Counted from the stretch's first letter, positions 13,067-25,964 are shown. The stretch: DNA of 64,000 bases from Chiloscyllium plagiosum (GCF_004010195.1 NC_057719.1:29694419-29758418), one strand, 5' to 3'. Notes: a model not told the origin generated them from the sequence alone. Numbers and translations: made by a program.

Positions 13067-15074
13067 CTGTGGTCAGTAATTGCGGAGTTTGTTACCACAC
13101 TTTTGGAATGAGAAAAAGTCCCATTCAATTATGGAACCAATGTTTATTCTCGAACACAATTAATATTTTGGCACTGAAAATTAACTAAAACAAAACTATT
13201 GTTATTGCGGAGAGAGAAAATACTTTTCTGCACTATAATACTTTGTTGAGAGTACAGTGTCATAGGAAAGCCTTCACAGTTTTTTGGGGACAACCTATTT
13301 TATAATATTGGAGCAAACAAGTGGTCTTAAGACATCTGCTGTTTTACATTAAAATAAAACCCTTTCATCATGTAGGAAAATACAGTTTTTATAAAAACAT
13401 ACACAGAGAACATGAATCTCTCATGTGGAACTCAGCAAAAATACAATCTATTGTAATCTCTGTCACAAATATACTTGAGCACTAGCTTATTGGAATCTTA
13501 TTTAGGTAAACCAGAAATGTTGCTGCAATTCCTAATCAATATAAGAAGCATATTAGATGACGTAGCAACACTAAGGGCCAAATTTCTGTAGAGACCTTTA
13601 TAAAATGGCAGATCATTGAGTTTTAACAGATAATAAAGGATTAGCTGCCTTTGATGCAGTTACTGAATAGAAATTTGTTTGTTTTTATACCAGATTACAA
13701 ATGGATTTAAACATGCTGAATGAGTTTCATGAATGAAAGTCATTTTCTCTATCAAATTTGTATGAGCTAAAGCTCTAGCAGGTGGTTAACAACTTGTTCT
13801 CATCTCACATGACTCCTGAAGTTTGCCCTACATGAAGTTTGGGTGTATGACTATGGAGATAGAGGGGCAGCATACAAAGTGGCAACTGGGATTTGAAAGA
13901 ACATAGGATACAGGTGGTGCTGAAGAGATGTGAATGGTGAGTGGTAGAAGACTGAGGATCTGTTCAAAAAACTGAGATGAAGTCCCAGTAAACTGAGGCA
14001 GGCTTTCCAATCCTTCTGTCACAATTAGATCTCTCTCCCTCCACCAACTCAACCCCAAACCCACCTCCAGAGAAGGAACTGGATATGACAGAACCCTTTA
14101 TATCAAAGTGAGTCTGCCAAATTGGGAAATTTTCTGACTTGAGCTATTACTGAAATCCAGAATTAAGTTGCAAAATATGGGAAACACTCATCATTGGTTT
14201 CCTCCAGTTTCATGTTCTAATTCAAATAATTGATAAGTCCCTTCACTTAGCGATTACTTCATCAAAAGGTACATAGTCATTCATCTATGTTGTATGTATA
14301 AGTTCATCTATGTCATCAAAGAATGCTCCTTACATCAAAATACATAAGACAAAGTCACAACTTATTAATACTTAATATAAGTCAATTCAACTGTGCTCAC
14401 ACTCAATGGAACTTCCAGAAATGCATGGCCAACATTCTGCTTCTCTAAGGAAAATGATGCAACAAAAAAAAAGAATATTTTCAAAGAAACAACTCAATAA
14501 CATGTGACGATCCCCAATCAAACAAATGATATACTTAAAAGTTAGATTGAACCTGATCAATTGAAGATACATGTAGATCAGAGGTTTAGCCATATACAAA
14601 GCTGGGAAGAAAAAATGAGGGCAATTGTGGCATTTTTGTTGAGAGGAAAAAAAAGAACAATGTCAAATATGTTGGGAATGGATATACATTTCTATTTACC
14701 CTCCCACTACATAAACTTATAAAAAGACAATTGAAGTGAGCTAATGTAGCAAGAAGTTACTTAAACCTACCTACTAACCAAATTAATCTAGAGTTCGCAA
14801 TTTATCATTAATGAACATTTTCATCTGGGTGGAAATTTGCAAATGACATCCTTCCACACTACTCCCTCCACACAGTACTGACTAAGCTAGATAATTAAGA
14901 GGAAAAATTAGGCAGGAATTGTGAAAAAGAAAAGAATGTAAGAAATAGAAGCAAAAGGACATTATTATTCTTATCCTGCTCCTTTATCCTGATACTATGG
15001 CTTCTAGTTCTAGATTTTCCAGCCAGAGAGAATCATACTCCCAGATTCTATCCTGTCAGTACCTTACAGATATT

Positions 15075-15280
15075 TTCCTGTTCACACTTCTAGAGCAGCA
15101 GGTGAGACTTGAAACGAGGCCTCCTGGTCCAGACATGGCCACATCTCAACCATGCCACAAGAACACTTACAGAACCTCTCAAATATTTTCTAATTAACCA
15201 GCTTAGAGACATTATTAAACACTTCTAAAGCAATGGGATTTGTCTGAAACCGGTACACTACCACTGCACCACAAGAGCCA
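15075..15280 (-). mobile_element. Two short tRNA-head SINE-like fragments
   Basis: Minus strand ggctcttgtggtgcagtggtagtgt (A-box-like) and gtttcaagtctcacctgct (B-box-like); related copies at 29835-29910 and 30100-30155. Confidence 0.5.
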
Positions 15281-15769
15281 CAGGTTCTCTCTGAATGCCA
15301 AAAGTTGAAACAGATCATCTATCATTCTTTTAAATCTAAAGATAGAGGCCTGTTCTACTCAATCTCTAAAACTGTACTGACAATTTGAAATTGAAAGTAG
15401 TATGACAGTAGCAACAATATAATTTTGGTAAGTATATGTTAACTCATTTCAAATACCTTGAATATATTTCGTCCTTGCTATAACTTAATTTTCTATATCC
15501 CAAAATGTGTCAATTCCTTGATATGGAATACTACGGAAATTAATGTTGCAAACAAGAAAATATCATATATAGCCCTGAGATAATCATGATAGAATAGCTC
15601 TAAAATACATAAACATGACTATTGTCTCATATCTCCTTATTCTGCAGCATCAGAAAAAAGATTATACTCTTGTATGAGAATAATGAAACAAATATGAGAG
15701 GGAACAGATAGAACCAAGAAAATAATAAAGTTGCTATATTACAATAGAAAGAACATGTCTGATTATATA

Positions 15770-15906
15770 AAAACCGAAAGAACTGTGGATGCTGAAAATC
15801 AGAGACAAAATTAGAAATTAGAATAGGAAAATCTCAGCGGGTCTGGCAGCATCTGTGGAGAGAAATCAAAGTTAATGCTTCAGGTTGAGTGATCCATCTC
15901 AGAATG
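15770..15906 (-). mobile_element. PLE-type pseudo-LTR fragment (family D), decayed
   Basis: ctccacagatgctgccagac unit, also at 29020-29150 and 51845-51945. Confidence 0.6.
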
Positions 15907-16385
15907 CTTGTTCAAATAATTTTCTTTTTTAACACATAAATGCACAATATTAGTGAAGAAAAATGTTTGCTTTAAAATTTATTCAAGGACATGGACATTG
16001 TTGGCTAGGTCAGAATTTATTATCCCATATCCAAATACCCACTGGGCTATTAAGAGCCAACCACATCCTTGTGGACCAGATAAGACTTCCTTCCCAAAGG
16101 ACATTAGTGAACCAGATTGGTTTTTGCAACAATCAATGGTAGTTACATGGTTGGATTAAAATTTCATCTTCTGGTCTGGTGGGATTTGAACTCATGTCTC
16201 CAAAAATTCACCCAACATTACCACAGTGTCACCACTTCGACTTTATCTGTGCCAAGGAATCAGTACAACATATATTTTATAAAAGAATGGAAAATTAAAA
16301 ATGATGCAAGTTAACAGGTATAATTCCCTTTCAAATTAGGATTTTTCCATACAAAAGTATTGTTACTGAATTTTTAGGTACGTAC

Positions 16386-16503
16386 CCGATAAACATCTGC
16401 TTTTTTGAAACCACCCTCAAGAATCTGGAGAATTTCATTCTTTTCAGTAGATAATTTGGGATCATATATGTAAAATAGGTATTCCAACATCTTACTGTAG
16501 TTT
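16386..16503 (-). CDS. LRRC9: LRRC9 coding exon F
   Basis: cctcttttag|A...CGG|gtacgt; 118 nt, phase 2-0; NYSKMLEYLFYIYDPKLSTEKNEILQILEGGFKKADVYR. Not in the ORF track. Confidence 0.92.
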
Positions 16504-18599
16504 CTAAAAGAGGATAGAAATTGTTGATTTCAGTACAGTATTTATCTGATAAGGCAAAATTAATCAGTAACTATGCAAGATGTTGCAAATCTAACTTTAG
16601 ATATTTCTAAGCTGTTGTAAGGTCTAAATATATTTTATATGAAATATTAACTGGAAACAGAAGTTTAGACTGTGTTGCAAAGAAGGACCAATTGTATTAA
16701 TTCATTTTATATTCATATTAACACTGCTCAAAAACATGCTGTTTCAGAGGTCACAAAATCTGGGAACATTGGTTTGAGGCTCAGAATACATAAAAACCCT
16801 TCTGTACAATGTATGAGTAATCCCAGAGAATGTTGGTGTTAATCCAGGGATGTGAAAAGAGTGGCCTAGAGATTTATGAGAATAGTTTGTGATGTACTGA
16901 TATCTGGAGAAAGGATCCTCAGGATTGGGGGGAGGGGAAGTAAAGTTAAGGAGCACTGGGGAGGAGTTTCTGGCAGTAACGAGTCAAGCATGTGAAAGCA
17001 CACTCAGAAAAAACCAACTGCCTTCGGGTCTTGGATCATCTGACCTGCTATACCACCTTCTCAGCCTCTTCTCTGACACACTCATGGACCTAGAGGCATC
17101 ATGCAATGCTCTTTGGTTGCTGGTTCATGCATTTAGCTTCACGTTTTAAAAAATATATTCTACCTATTTATCTACAATCTATTTCTATGTACATGTGTGA
17201 TCTTTAATAGGAGTATATTTCCAGAAAGAAACACAAATTACTGGATATCTACAAATTAAAACATTCATGGTATATATTTCCACTTTTTGACTCTCTGCTG
17301 CTAGAAGGATAACAGTACATGTGGGCAAATATAGAGTTTCAAATTCTTTTATCAATCACTCATCAACTTGAAACAGATATTATTCTGCATCCCTTGCTGT
17401 CACTGAGGCAACTTTGTGAAGCTCCCTATCCAATGCCATTGCCACAAAAATTTAAATACAGAGAGTTGCATAGGGCAAATACGAGACTCTTAGGGCAACA
17501 AAGTAACAAAGCCTGGTTAACTTCTCAAAATCAAATTTCTTAAGCTCATAGACGCCATTTTAACACTGCCAACAGAGCCAGGAAGAGAAATCATGAGTCC
17601 TGATGTTTGTCCTATTTCTGGGCCCCTTAATAACTTCCCCCTGTGCTGAGAATCGGGAACCACAGTCACAGCAGAGATGAACTGTTTAATACAGATTAAG
17701 CAAAATTTCTTGGCTTTTGAACTTTATGCCTCTATTTATAAAACTATTCAAAGGCTCAGGTTTCAGTATGACATAAAAATACTGCTTTGCCAGACAGTAA
17801 TACAAAACTTGATCAATTTTATTATGTAACAACTTGTTTCTTTGAATATGGTCTCATGCGATATCTGGACAACATCCAAAAGACTTGAGCATTGCAAGCA
17901 CCGTAAACATCAATTCCGTGCACAAATGAGAATACCTTGAACGAATAGTGACATATTTTAAGAATTGGTTTAACTTGCAAGTGACAAAACTTCCAGTAAC
18001 TTAACACTGACCAATTCACCTGCAATATTTGCATCCACACAAGTGGATTTTGTTAACAAAAATAATTACACATTGAATTGAGTGATAAATATTTTCTAAT
18101 TTTAAATTGAAACTAGCTACACTTACAAGTGCCCAGCATGGAGCACACAACAGGAGAGCAAAGTAATGCGAATTCTGGAAATCTGAAACATAAGCAGAAA
18201 ATGCTTGAAATGCTCTACAAGCCAGGCACATTTATAGAAAGAGAAACAGAATGAACACTTTGGATTCACAATTGTCACTAATTTTTATGATCACTGACCT
18301 CTGTATCTCCCTGTACATATACTGCCACAGATTTGCATCACACCTATATTTACTGGAGCAAAATCAGGCCTCTTTACCAACACTGCTAAAAGCAGTAGTC
18401 ATATGAGCTTCTCATTGTCCTCAGCACCACACTGAACAAGATAAGGTATGAATAAAACATAACAAATTACTGACCCAAAAAAGTCTAAATAATACATTGA
18501 AGACTTAAAAAAATAAATAATAAAATATAAGAATTGTAAAATACCAGGTTGCAGAGCTAACTAATGGCAGCTTTTTGATGTTTTCATTTAAGAAATAGA

Positions 18600-19050
18600 G
18601 CTAGAGAGAGATATAGGCAAGGTTTCAAGTCTGAGTCATGAAGGAACATTCCTTTTCATTCTGTTCTATGCATGAGAGACTTGGACTGTATATTAGCATC
18701 ATTTCAGGAAGCTCAACCACTTTTATTGAACCTTCCTTTGGAAGCTTCAAAAGATCAGATAACGGACAGAATACCAGATAATGAGGTACTCACACAAGCA
18801 GGTATGCCAAGCATCCTCACCAAATTGAGACAATCACAACCAAGTTAGGCTGGTCATGTAACCAAATGCCTAGCACTTAAAGCAAGTCTTCTATGGTTGG
18901 CTAGAGTCTGGGGTGCATTGTCATGGCACTAAATGGAAGTGCTACAAGCATACGTTGAAGAATTCACTTGTGAGCTTTGATACAACTTCAAGACCAAGGT
19001 GAAGCAATCCCAGGATTGCTATGCTTGGCATCAACAAATAAAAACTATGG
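18600..19050 (+). mobile_element. RTE-clade LINE fragment
   Basis: Degenerate D-R-I-P-D-N-E-V-L-T-Q-A-G-M-P-S-I region typical of the RTE RT C-terminus. Confidence 0.6.
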
Positions 19051-19055
19051 AGCTT

Positions 19056-19403
19056 GCGGGGCTCAAGGGTGGAGGAGCGGGAAGTGGAGGAGATGCGGTG
19101 GAGAGCATCGTTGACCACATCTGGGGGGACATTGCGGTCTTTGAAGAAGGAGNNNNNNNNNNNNNNNNNNNNNNNNNNNNNNNNNNNNNNNNNNNNNNNN
19201 NNNNNNNNNNNNNNGGAAGGTGTTAGTAAAGTGGATGAACTGTTCAATCTCCTCGTGGCAGCACGAGGCAGCGCCGATACAGTCATCGATGTAGCGGAGG
19301 AAAAGGTGGGGGGTGGTGCCAGTGTAGCTGCAGAAGATGGACTGTTCCACATATCCTACGAAGAGGCAGGCATAGCTGGGGCCCATGCAGGTGCCCATGG
19401 CCA
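19056..19403 (-). mobile_element. Penelope-like RT fragment spanning an N gap
   Basis: AMGTCMGPSYACLFVGYVEQ...FLRYIDD, PLE RT motifs; Ns at 19153-19214. Confidence 0.88.
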
Positions 19404-19419
19404 TGGAGTAGCCATGGAT

Positions 19420-20180
19420 CGACCTCATCCTTCTAAATTCCATAGAGTATAGACCCAGAATCCTCAACTGCTCCTCATATGACACGTTCTTCCTTCCCAG
19501 AACCACTCTTGTTAACCTCCTTCAGACCTTCTCCAAGGCCAGCACATCCTTCCTTACAAAGTTCAAAACTGCTTACAATATTTCAAACATCTGATCAGAG
19601 CTTTAAACAGTCTCAGCAATAAATCTCTGCTCTTATAATTCAGTCCTCGCAAAATGAATGTTAACATTGTATTTGCCTTCCTAACTGTGAACTGAACCTG
19701 CATGTTAACCTTAAGAGAATCTTGAACTTGGATTCCTGAGACCCTTTGTGCGACAGATTTTCCAAAGCCTTTCCTCATTTAGAAAATAGTGCATGCTTCT
19801 ATTCTTCCTACCAAAGTGCATAACATCACACTTTTCTACATCATATTCCATCTGCCACTTCTTTGCCTACTTTCCTAGCCCGTCCAAGTTTCTCTGCAGC
19901 TTTCCTGCTTGTGGCAGGTGGGGAGTGAATGAGGCGGGACACCTATCACACCGTAACGAAGGTGTCCCAAGGCGAGCTCAAATGAGGCGGGACAACTGTC
20001 ACACCGTCATGAAGGTGTCCTAAGACGAGCTCAGGGAGGAGAGCAACCTCCCATGGAGCAACACTACATGTCCCTTCACTTATCTTTGTGTCATCTGCAA
20101 ACTTAGCAACAATGCCCTCAGTTCTTTCATCCAGATCATTAATGGATAACATGAACAGTTGGTCCCAACAATGGCCCCTG
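19420..20180 (-). mobile_element. CR1 LINE RT fragment with an internal insert at 19910-20058
   Basis: INDLDERTEGIVAKFADDTK and QDSLKVNMQVQ motifs. Confidence 0.85.
19928..20033. repeat. 2 x 53-bp CpG-rich tandem repeat with internal hairpin
   Basis: Units 19928-19980 and 19981-20033; stem gggacacct/aggtgtccc in unit 1. Confidence 0.9.
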
Positions 20181-20206
20181 CCTGATCATGAACATGGTTG
20201 TTCTTT

Positions 20207-20331
20207 GTTCTGGATGTAAGTTTTTGTTGCTGAGCTGGAAGGTTTGTTTTCATGAAAACAAACCTTCCAGCTCAGTGAGCAAACTTACATCCAGAACCTC
20301 AACCTGAGCCACAAATCTTCTGAAAACTCGC
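20207..20331. mobile_element. Palindromic PLE family B pseudo-LTR tail cassette
   Basis: Perfect 46-bp palindrome at 20230-20275 within longer imperfect arms; matches the pseudo-LTR tail at 45965-46030. Confidence 0.85.
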
Positions 20332-20699
20332 TAATGGTTGTCTTTGTGTTGAAGGATGATCAAGATCATGTTTATTACTCAGGACTGTGAGGAAACATAA
20401 AACATGTAGCAGTAAACAGGATTTCAATTTATTAGTATGATTTATTGAATGTAAAAAGGAACACTGTAGTATAGTTCCTTTAAAACACAATAGCGACTGC
20501 TTTCAAATTATTTTATTGGCTGTAAAATGCCTTGGGATAGCCAGAGGCTCTGAAAGGCATTACATACATGGAAGTTATTGTTTTCTTAAAGTGATGAGTT
20601 GTAGATTATTGCTTTGTACAAAATTAGCAAGATTTTAAAAGTTGTTTTGTAAGACTGTATTTAAAAAGTAATTTAAAAGCTGCAATTAAAACAACTTAC

Positions 20700-20879
20700 T
20701 CTGATTTAAAAGGAGATCCTTCTTTATTCAAAATAGATTGGATTTTATCCTCATACTTAAGGCGTAGCACTCGATTGTGAACTCTGACTATGCGATTTAT
20801 TTTTAACCCTGTCACTCCAAGTTTCTTGAAGTCCCAAGCACAGAATCGAGACAAGATTACATCATAGCAGGAAGTGAAC
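20700..20879 (-). CDS. LRRC9: LRRC9 coding exon E (start of ART-like domain)
   Basis: cccttgacag|G...GA|gtaagt; 180 nt, phase 2-2; FTSCYDVILSRFCAWDFKKLGVTGLKINRIVRVHNRVLRLKYEDKIQSILNKEGSPFKS(E). Confidence 0.94.
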
Positions 20880-22410
20880 CTGTCAAGGGAAAGAATATTA
20901 CATTTATTTACACATAAATATCCTGAATTCATACACTGTTGTAGTTTACTCACACACAGTATAGAAAATATATTCTATACATCTGCTACCATCAAATAAA
21001 TTAAAAAGTAGCCTCATTGTTATTGTAGAACAATTTTAATGTTAATGTTGAAATACTGGTAATTAATTCTTCCTTGGAAATTTTGAAATTTTAAGATGCT
21101 TTTTTTTAAAATGAAAAGAACATCTTGTATAAACTTTAAATTACAGAACCACATAAATTTAAGAGTATAGGAGGCCTGTCAGGCCATCATGTCTGCACTG
21201 CTCTTAAGCATCATTTGTTGTCAATTTCCTGCTTTTCCCCTATACCCTTACATATTATTTCTATTCAAATAATTAAACACTCTTGAAAACCTCAAAGAAG
21301 CTCAAATGATATGAGTGTCTACATACAATTAAATTCCAATATGTAGTGCATGACTGGTACTTAAAAGCTATTCTAATACAGTGCTTTGTGCAATGCTATG
21401 ATTACTATCTACTGACTTGAGCGTCACAAAGCTAGCAGCAAATCCAGAAAAGGTTTTCAGTTCCTTGGCAACCAGCTGATGGTTAGAAACATTTTTTTTC
21501 TTAAATTGAATCTTTAAGTTGAAATCTGATGAATTTATTCTTGTGATGACACTGATTGTAGGACCAGAGCCAGAAAAAAAAGGCACAGCACTGACAGCAA
21601 AGCTTAAACATAAATGTCATACATTACAAATTTCATAATGGCAAATATCCACAGGATAAAAATTCTTGGCTGCCTCAAATTAAAACAAAAATTACAAACT
21701 TTGTTAATACTTTAAATATAATTCAAGTAGTTTAATTACTTGTTACGATAAATCACAAAGTTACAAATAAAACTACCAATAATCAGCAAACATAGCAAAT
21801 GCACAACAGAAATTATCTAAAGGATTTTTTCAAGTGACTTCAATGACCAGATTGGATTTTCTTCCAGTGTAAAGCTACAAATCCAAAACTAACTGTACTT
21901 AAAAATAGTCACTAAAATCTTACAGTAAAACTGCCTCCAATAAATGTTCTCTACATAGGCCTAACATTTTAGGGCTGCAGGTCAATTTTTGAATGCAATT
22001 CATGTACAAAATACTTACCTCAGGTTTCCTTCAACATTTTCCTATGGCTTCTTTTTCTGTTTGTGAAGGTACAATAAAAAGAAATTCCAGCTTTTCAGAG
22101 TCCTTTCATGTGTGCCATCCCCTAGACTAATGTACTCTCACTAGTAATCTGGCCATACGTTTTTCCAACTCAGTTTATGGCGACTTTGACGCACCTCAGA
22201 TTTTCCAATGCTTTCAGTCCGGCTTCACAAATCTCATTCCGCTCTGAGCCCTCTTTCACAAATTTCATTGAATTTTTGCCAGCATTCCTGTAGAGAATCT
22301 CCAAATAATTGACTTCAGCCTTTCCTGTCTCCTCTTTGGCTTCTATCTCAATTATAAGTTTATAAGATATAGGAACAGAATTAGGCCAATCTTGGCTGAT
22401 ATGTTCCTCA

Positions 22411-22537
22411 GGAGAAAGTGAGGACTGCAGATGCTGGAGATCAGAGCTGAAAATGTGTTGCTGGAAAAGCACAGATCAGGCAGCATCCAAGGAACAGGAG
22501 AATCGACATTTCGGGCATAAGCCCTTCTTCAGGAATA
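22411..22537 (-). mobile_element. PLE family A solo pseudo-LTR cassette inserted in CR1
   Basis: Perfect 14-bp TSD tgatatgttcctca at 22397-22410 and 22538-22551. Confidence 0.92.
22501..22536 (-). ncRNA. Minimal hammerhead ribozyme motif
   Basis: auuc-CUGAAGA-a-GGGCuuauGCCC-GAAA-UG-UC-gauu; C>U change in the stem III palindrome. Confidence 0.65.
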
Positions 22538-24234
22538 TGATATGTTCCTCACTGCATTTTCCTGCCATTCTAAAAGTTCTTCCCATTACTCTAAGGCTGT
22601 GCCCCCAGGTCCTTGTCTCTCCTACCAATGGAAACATCTTCCCAATATCCACTCTGACCAGGCCATTCAGTATTCTGCAAGTTTCAATTAGACCCCTCTC
22701 ATCTTTCTAACTCGATTGAGTATGGACCCAGAGTCCTCAAACGTTCTTTATATGTTAGGCTATTCATTCCTGGAACCATTCTTGTAAACCTTCTCTGAAC
22801 ATGCTCTGGCTCAATACATCCTTCCTGAGATATAGGGCCCAAAACTGTACACAGTACTCCAAATGTGGCCAGACCAGAGCCTTATTGAGCCTCAGAAGTA
22901 CATCCCTGCTTTTATTTTCAAGTCCTCTCAAAATAAATGCCATCATTGCATTTGCCTTCCTAACTACTGATTCAATCTGCAAGTTTACCTTGAGAGAATC
23001 CTGGAATAGAACTCCCAAGTCTCTTTGCATTTCAGACTTCTGAATTTCCTCCCCATTTAGAAAATAGTCCATGCCTCTATTCTTCCTACCAAAGTGCATG
23101 TGACCTCACACTTTTCCACATTGTACTCCATCTGCCAAGTCTCTGCCCACTCTTCCAACCTGTCCAAATCATTCTGCAGACTCACTGCCTCCTCAATGAT
23201 ACCTATCCCTCTACCTACAAGCTTAGCCAGAAAGTCATCAGTTCCTTTGTCTATATCATTAATGCATGAAGTGAAAAGTTGTGGTCCTAACACTAAGCCT
23301 TGCAGAACACCACTTGTCACTGGCTGCCATCCTGAGAGGGACTCTTTTACTCCCAATCTCTGCTTTTGGCCAGACAAGCAGGCTTCTATCCATGCTAGCA
23401 CCTTGCTTGTAACATCACCGGCCCTTATCTTACTCAATAGCCTCCTATGTGGCACCTTGTCAAAAGCCTTCTTTAATTCCAGGTAGATAATGTCCTTTGG
23501 CTTTCCTTGGTCTAATCTGCTCATTACTTCATCAAAGAATTCTAGCAGATTTGTCAGGCGTGACCTTCCCTTCATGAAACCATGCTGACGTGGTTTTATT
23601 TTACCATACATTTCCAAGTATTCAGAAATTGCTTCCTTCACGATGAATTCCAGGATTTTACCCACGACCGAGGTTAGGTTAATTGGTCTGCAATTTTCAG
23701 TCTTCTGTCTTACTCCCTTTTTAAACAGGGGTATTATATTAGTGATTTTCCAGTCCTCTGGGACCCTCCCTGATTCTAGTGATTCCTGAAAGATTACCAC
23801 TAATGCCTCCGCTATCTCTGTAGCTGTTTCCTTTAGAACTCTGGGGTGTAGTCCATCTGGTCCAGGTGATTTATACACCTTCATTCAAGCCATTAGTTTT
23901 TCTCGCACCTTCTCCTCGGTAACGGTCACCATACTCAGCTCTGTCCCCTCACTCTCTTGGGTTTTTGGGAAATTACTCGTGTTTTCCACTGTGAAGACCG
24001 ATGCAAAGTAATTATTTAGTTCCTCAGCCATTTCTTTGTTCCCCACTACAATCTCTCCTGCATCATTTTCCAGTGGCCCAACATCCACTTTTGCCTCTCT
24101 TTTGCCCTCTACATATCTAAAGAAACTCTTACAATCTTTCTTTAAATTACTGACTAGCATGCCCTCATTTCCATCCTTAATTTTTTTTTCATTGCCCTCT
24201 TTGTAAGCTTCAACCTTTCACTCCAATACAAATT

Positions 24235-24700
24235 AAAAATCTGTTAACTCCTCCGTAAATTTACTCACTGTCTTGGCATTCACCGCACTTTGGAGCAGCG
24301 AATTTCACAGATTCACAACCCTTTGTGAGAAATAGTTTCTCTCAACTCTGTTTTAAATTTGCTACCCCTTATCCTAAGACTATGACCTCTCATCCTAGAA
24401 TGCTCCATAAGAGCACGCATCTGCTCCACGTCTACTTTATCCATACCTTTTATCAACTTGAATACTGCAATTTGATCTGCCCTCATTATTCTAAATTCCA
24501 GACAGTACAGGCCTAAACTGTTCAATCGCTTCATATGACAAACCTCTCATGTCTGGGATCAATCTATTGAACTTCCTCTGATCTGTCTCCATCTTTCTCC
24601 AAATATGGGGACCAAAACTGTGCACAATACTCCAGGTGCAGTCTTACGGTATAGTTGCAACAATACTTCCTTACCTTTATATTCTATTCCTTTAGCGATA
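24235..24700 (-). mobile_element. CR1 LINE 3' fragment
   Basis: RLNSLGLYCLEFRIMRADQIAVFKLIKG...RGHSLRIRG. Confidence 0.85.
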
Positions 24701-25093
24701 ATGTAATTTATCAAATATGTATTAATATTCCAAGTCAGGACTTGCCCAACAGGACTACACCTCTGAAATTCATGGAAGGAAACTTGTCACTTTTAATATC
24801 TAGAAATTATAGATTTATCAGTTTCTAAGGACACTGGGATTCAAATTCAACATTGTTACTTTTTTTAACAAAATATTAAAATGGACACATTAATAACCAA
24901 TTTATCAGGGTTGAGGCCTGCAAGGATTCCATTTGCATTTGGGCCACTCACTGCAAGCTTGGCTGGACATTTTAAGGCAGAACAGCTAGCTGCCTTTGCA
25001 AAGAATTCGTTCATGGCACATGGCTTCACAGGCTGGGCTAGCATTACCCATCTTTGGTTGCTCATGACATGATGACAAACTGTCTTTTAGAAT

Positions 25094-25947
25094 TCAAAGT
25101 TTGTGAGAAGATTTGTAGCTCGGGTGCTTGTTGTTGTGGTTCTGTTTGCCGAGCTAGAAGTTTTTGTTGCAAATGTTTCGTCCACTGTCTTGGTGACATC
25201 CTCAGTGCTTGGGAGTCTCCTGTGAAGCGCTTCTGTGGTGTTTCCTCTGGCATTTATAGTGGCCTGTCCCTGCCGCTTCCGGTTGTCAGTTTCAGCTGTC
25301 CGCTGTAGTGGCCGGTATATTGGGTCCAGGTCGATGTGTTTGTTGATGGAGTTTGTGGATGAGTGCCGTGCTTCTAGGAATTCCCTGGCTGTTCTTTGTT
25401 TGGCTTGCCCTATAATGGTAGTGTTTTCCCAGTCAAATTCATGTTGCTTGTCGTCTGCTTGTGTGGCTACTAGGGATAGCTGGTCGTGTCATTTCGTGGC
25501 TAATTGGTGTTCGTGGATGCGGATCGTTAGCTATCTTCCTGTTTGTCCTATATAGTGTTTTGTGCAGTCCTTGCATGGGATTTTGTACACTACATTAGTT
25601 TTGCTCATGCTGGGTATCGGGTCCTTCATTTTGGTGAGCTGTTGTCTGAGAGTGGCTGTTGGTTTGTGTGCTGTTATAAGTCCTAGGGGTCGCAGTAGTC
25701 TGGCTGTCATTTCAGAGATGTTCTTGATGTGGTAGTGTGGCTAGTCCTTTGGGTTGCGGCATGTCCTCGTTCTGTTGTCTTTCCCTTAGGCATCTGTTGA
25801 TGAAATTGCGAGGATATCCGTTTTTTGCGAATACCTTGTATAGGTGTTCCTCTTCCTCTTTTTGCAGTTCTGGTGTGCTGCAGTGTGTTGTGGCCCTTTT
25901 GAATAGTGTCTTGATGCAACTTCGTTTGTGTGTATTGAACCACAGCT
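25094..25947 (-). mobile_element. Penelope-like element family B, 5'-truncated (RT thumb, GIY-YIG, pseudo-LTR)
   Basis: 11-bp TSD tcttttagaat at 25083-25093 and 25948-25958; minus strand encodes VVYKIPCKDCTKHYIGQTGR; hammerhead motif at 25169-25208. Confidence 0.92.
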
Positions 25948-25964
25948 TCTTTTAGAATCACTGC

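Larger units (their letters stand above)
22352..24170 (-). mobile_element. CR1 LINE, 5'-truncated ORF2 (RT) and 3' UTR, frameshifted
   Basis: KSPGPDGLHPRVLKE, QHGFMKGRS, KAFDKVPH, SGVLQGLVLGP in ORFs 23057-23884, 22764-23099 and 23885-24160. Confidence 0.93.

Noticed and set aside
19153..19214. Long ORFs crossing Ns, and the junction at 3450-3455
   Set aside because: Assembly gaps; frame continuity and adjacency across them cannot be trusted.
19928..20033. CRISPR-like array or HDV-like ribozyme
   Set aside because: Only two contiguous units with no spacers, in vertebrate DNA; the nested double-pseudoknot pattern could not be built by eye.
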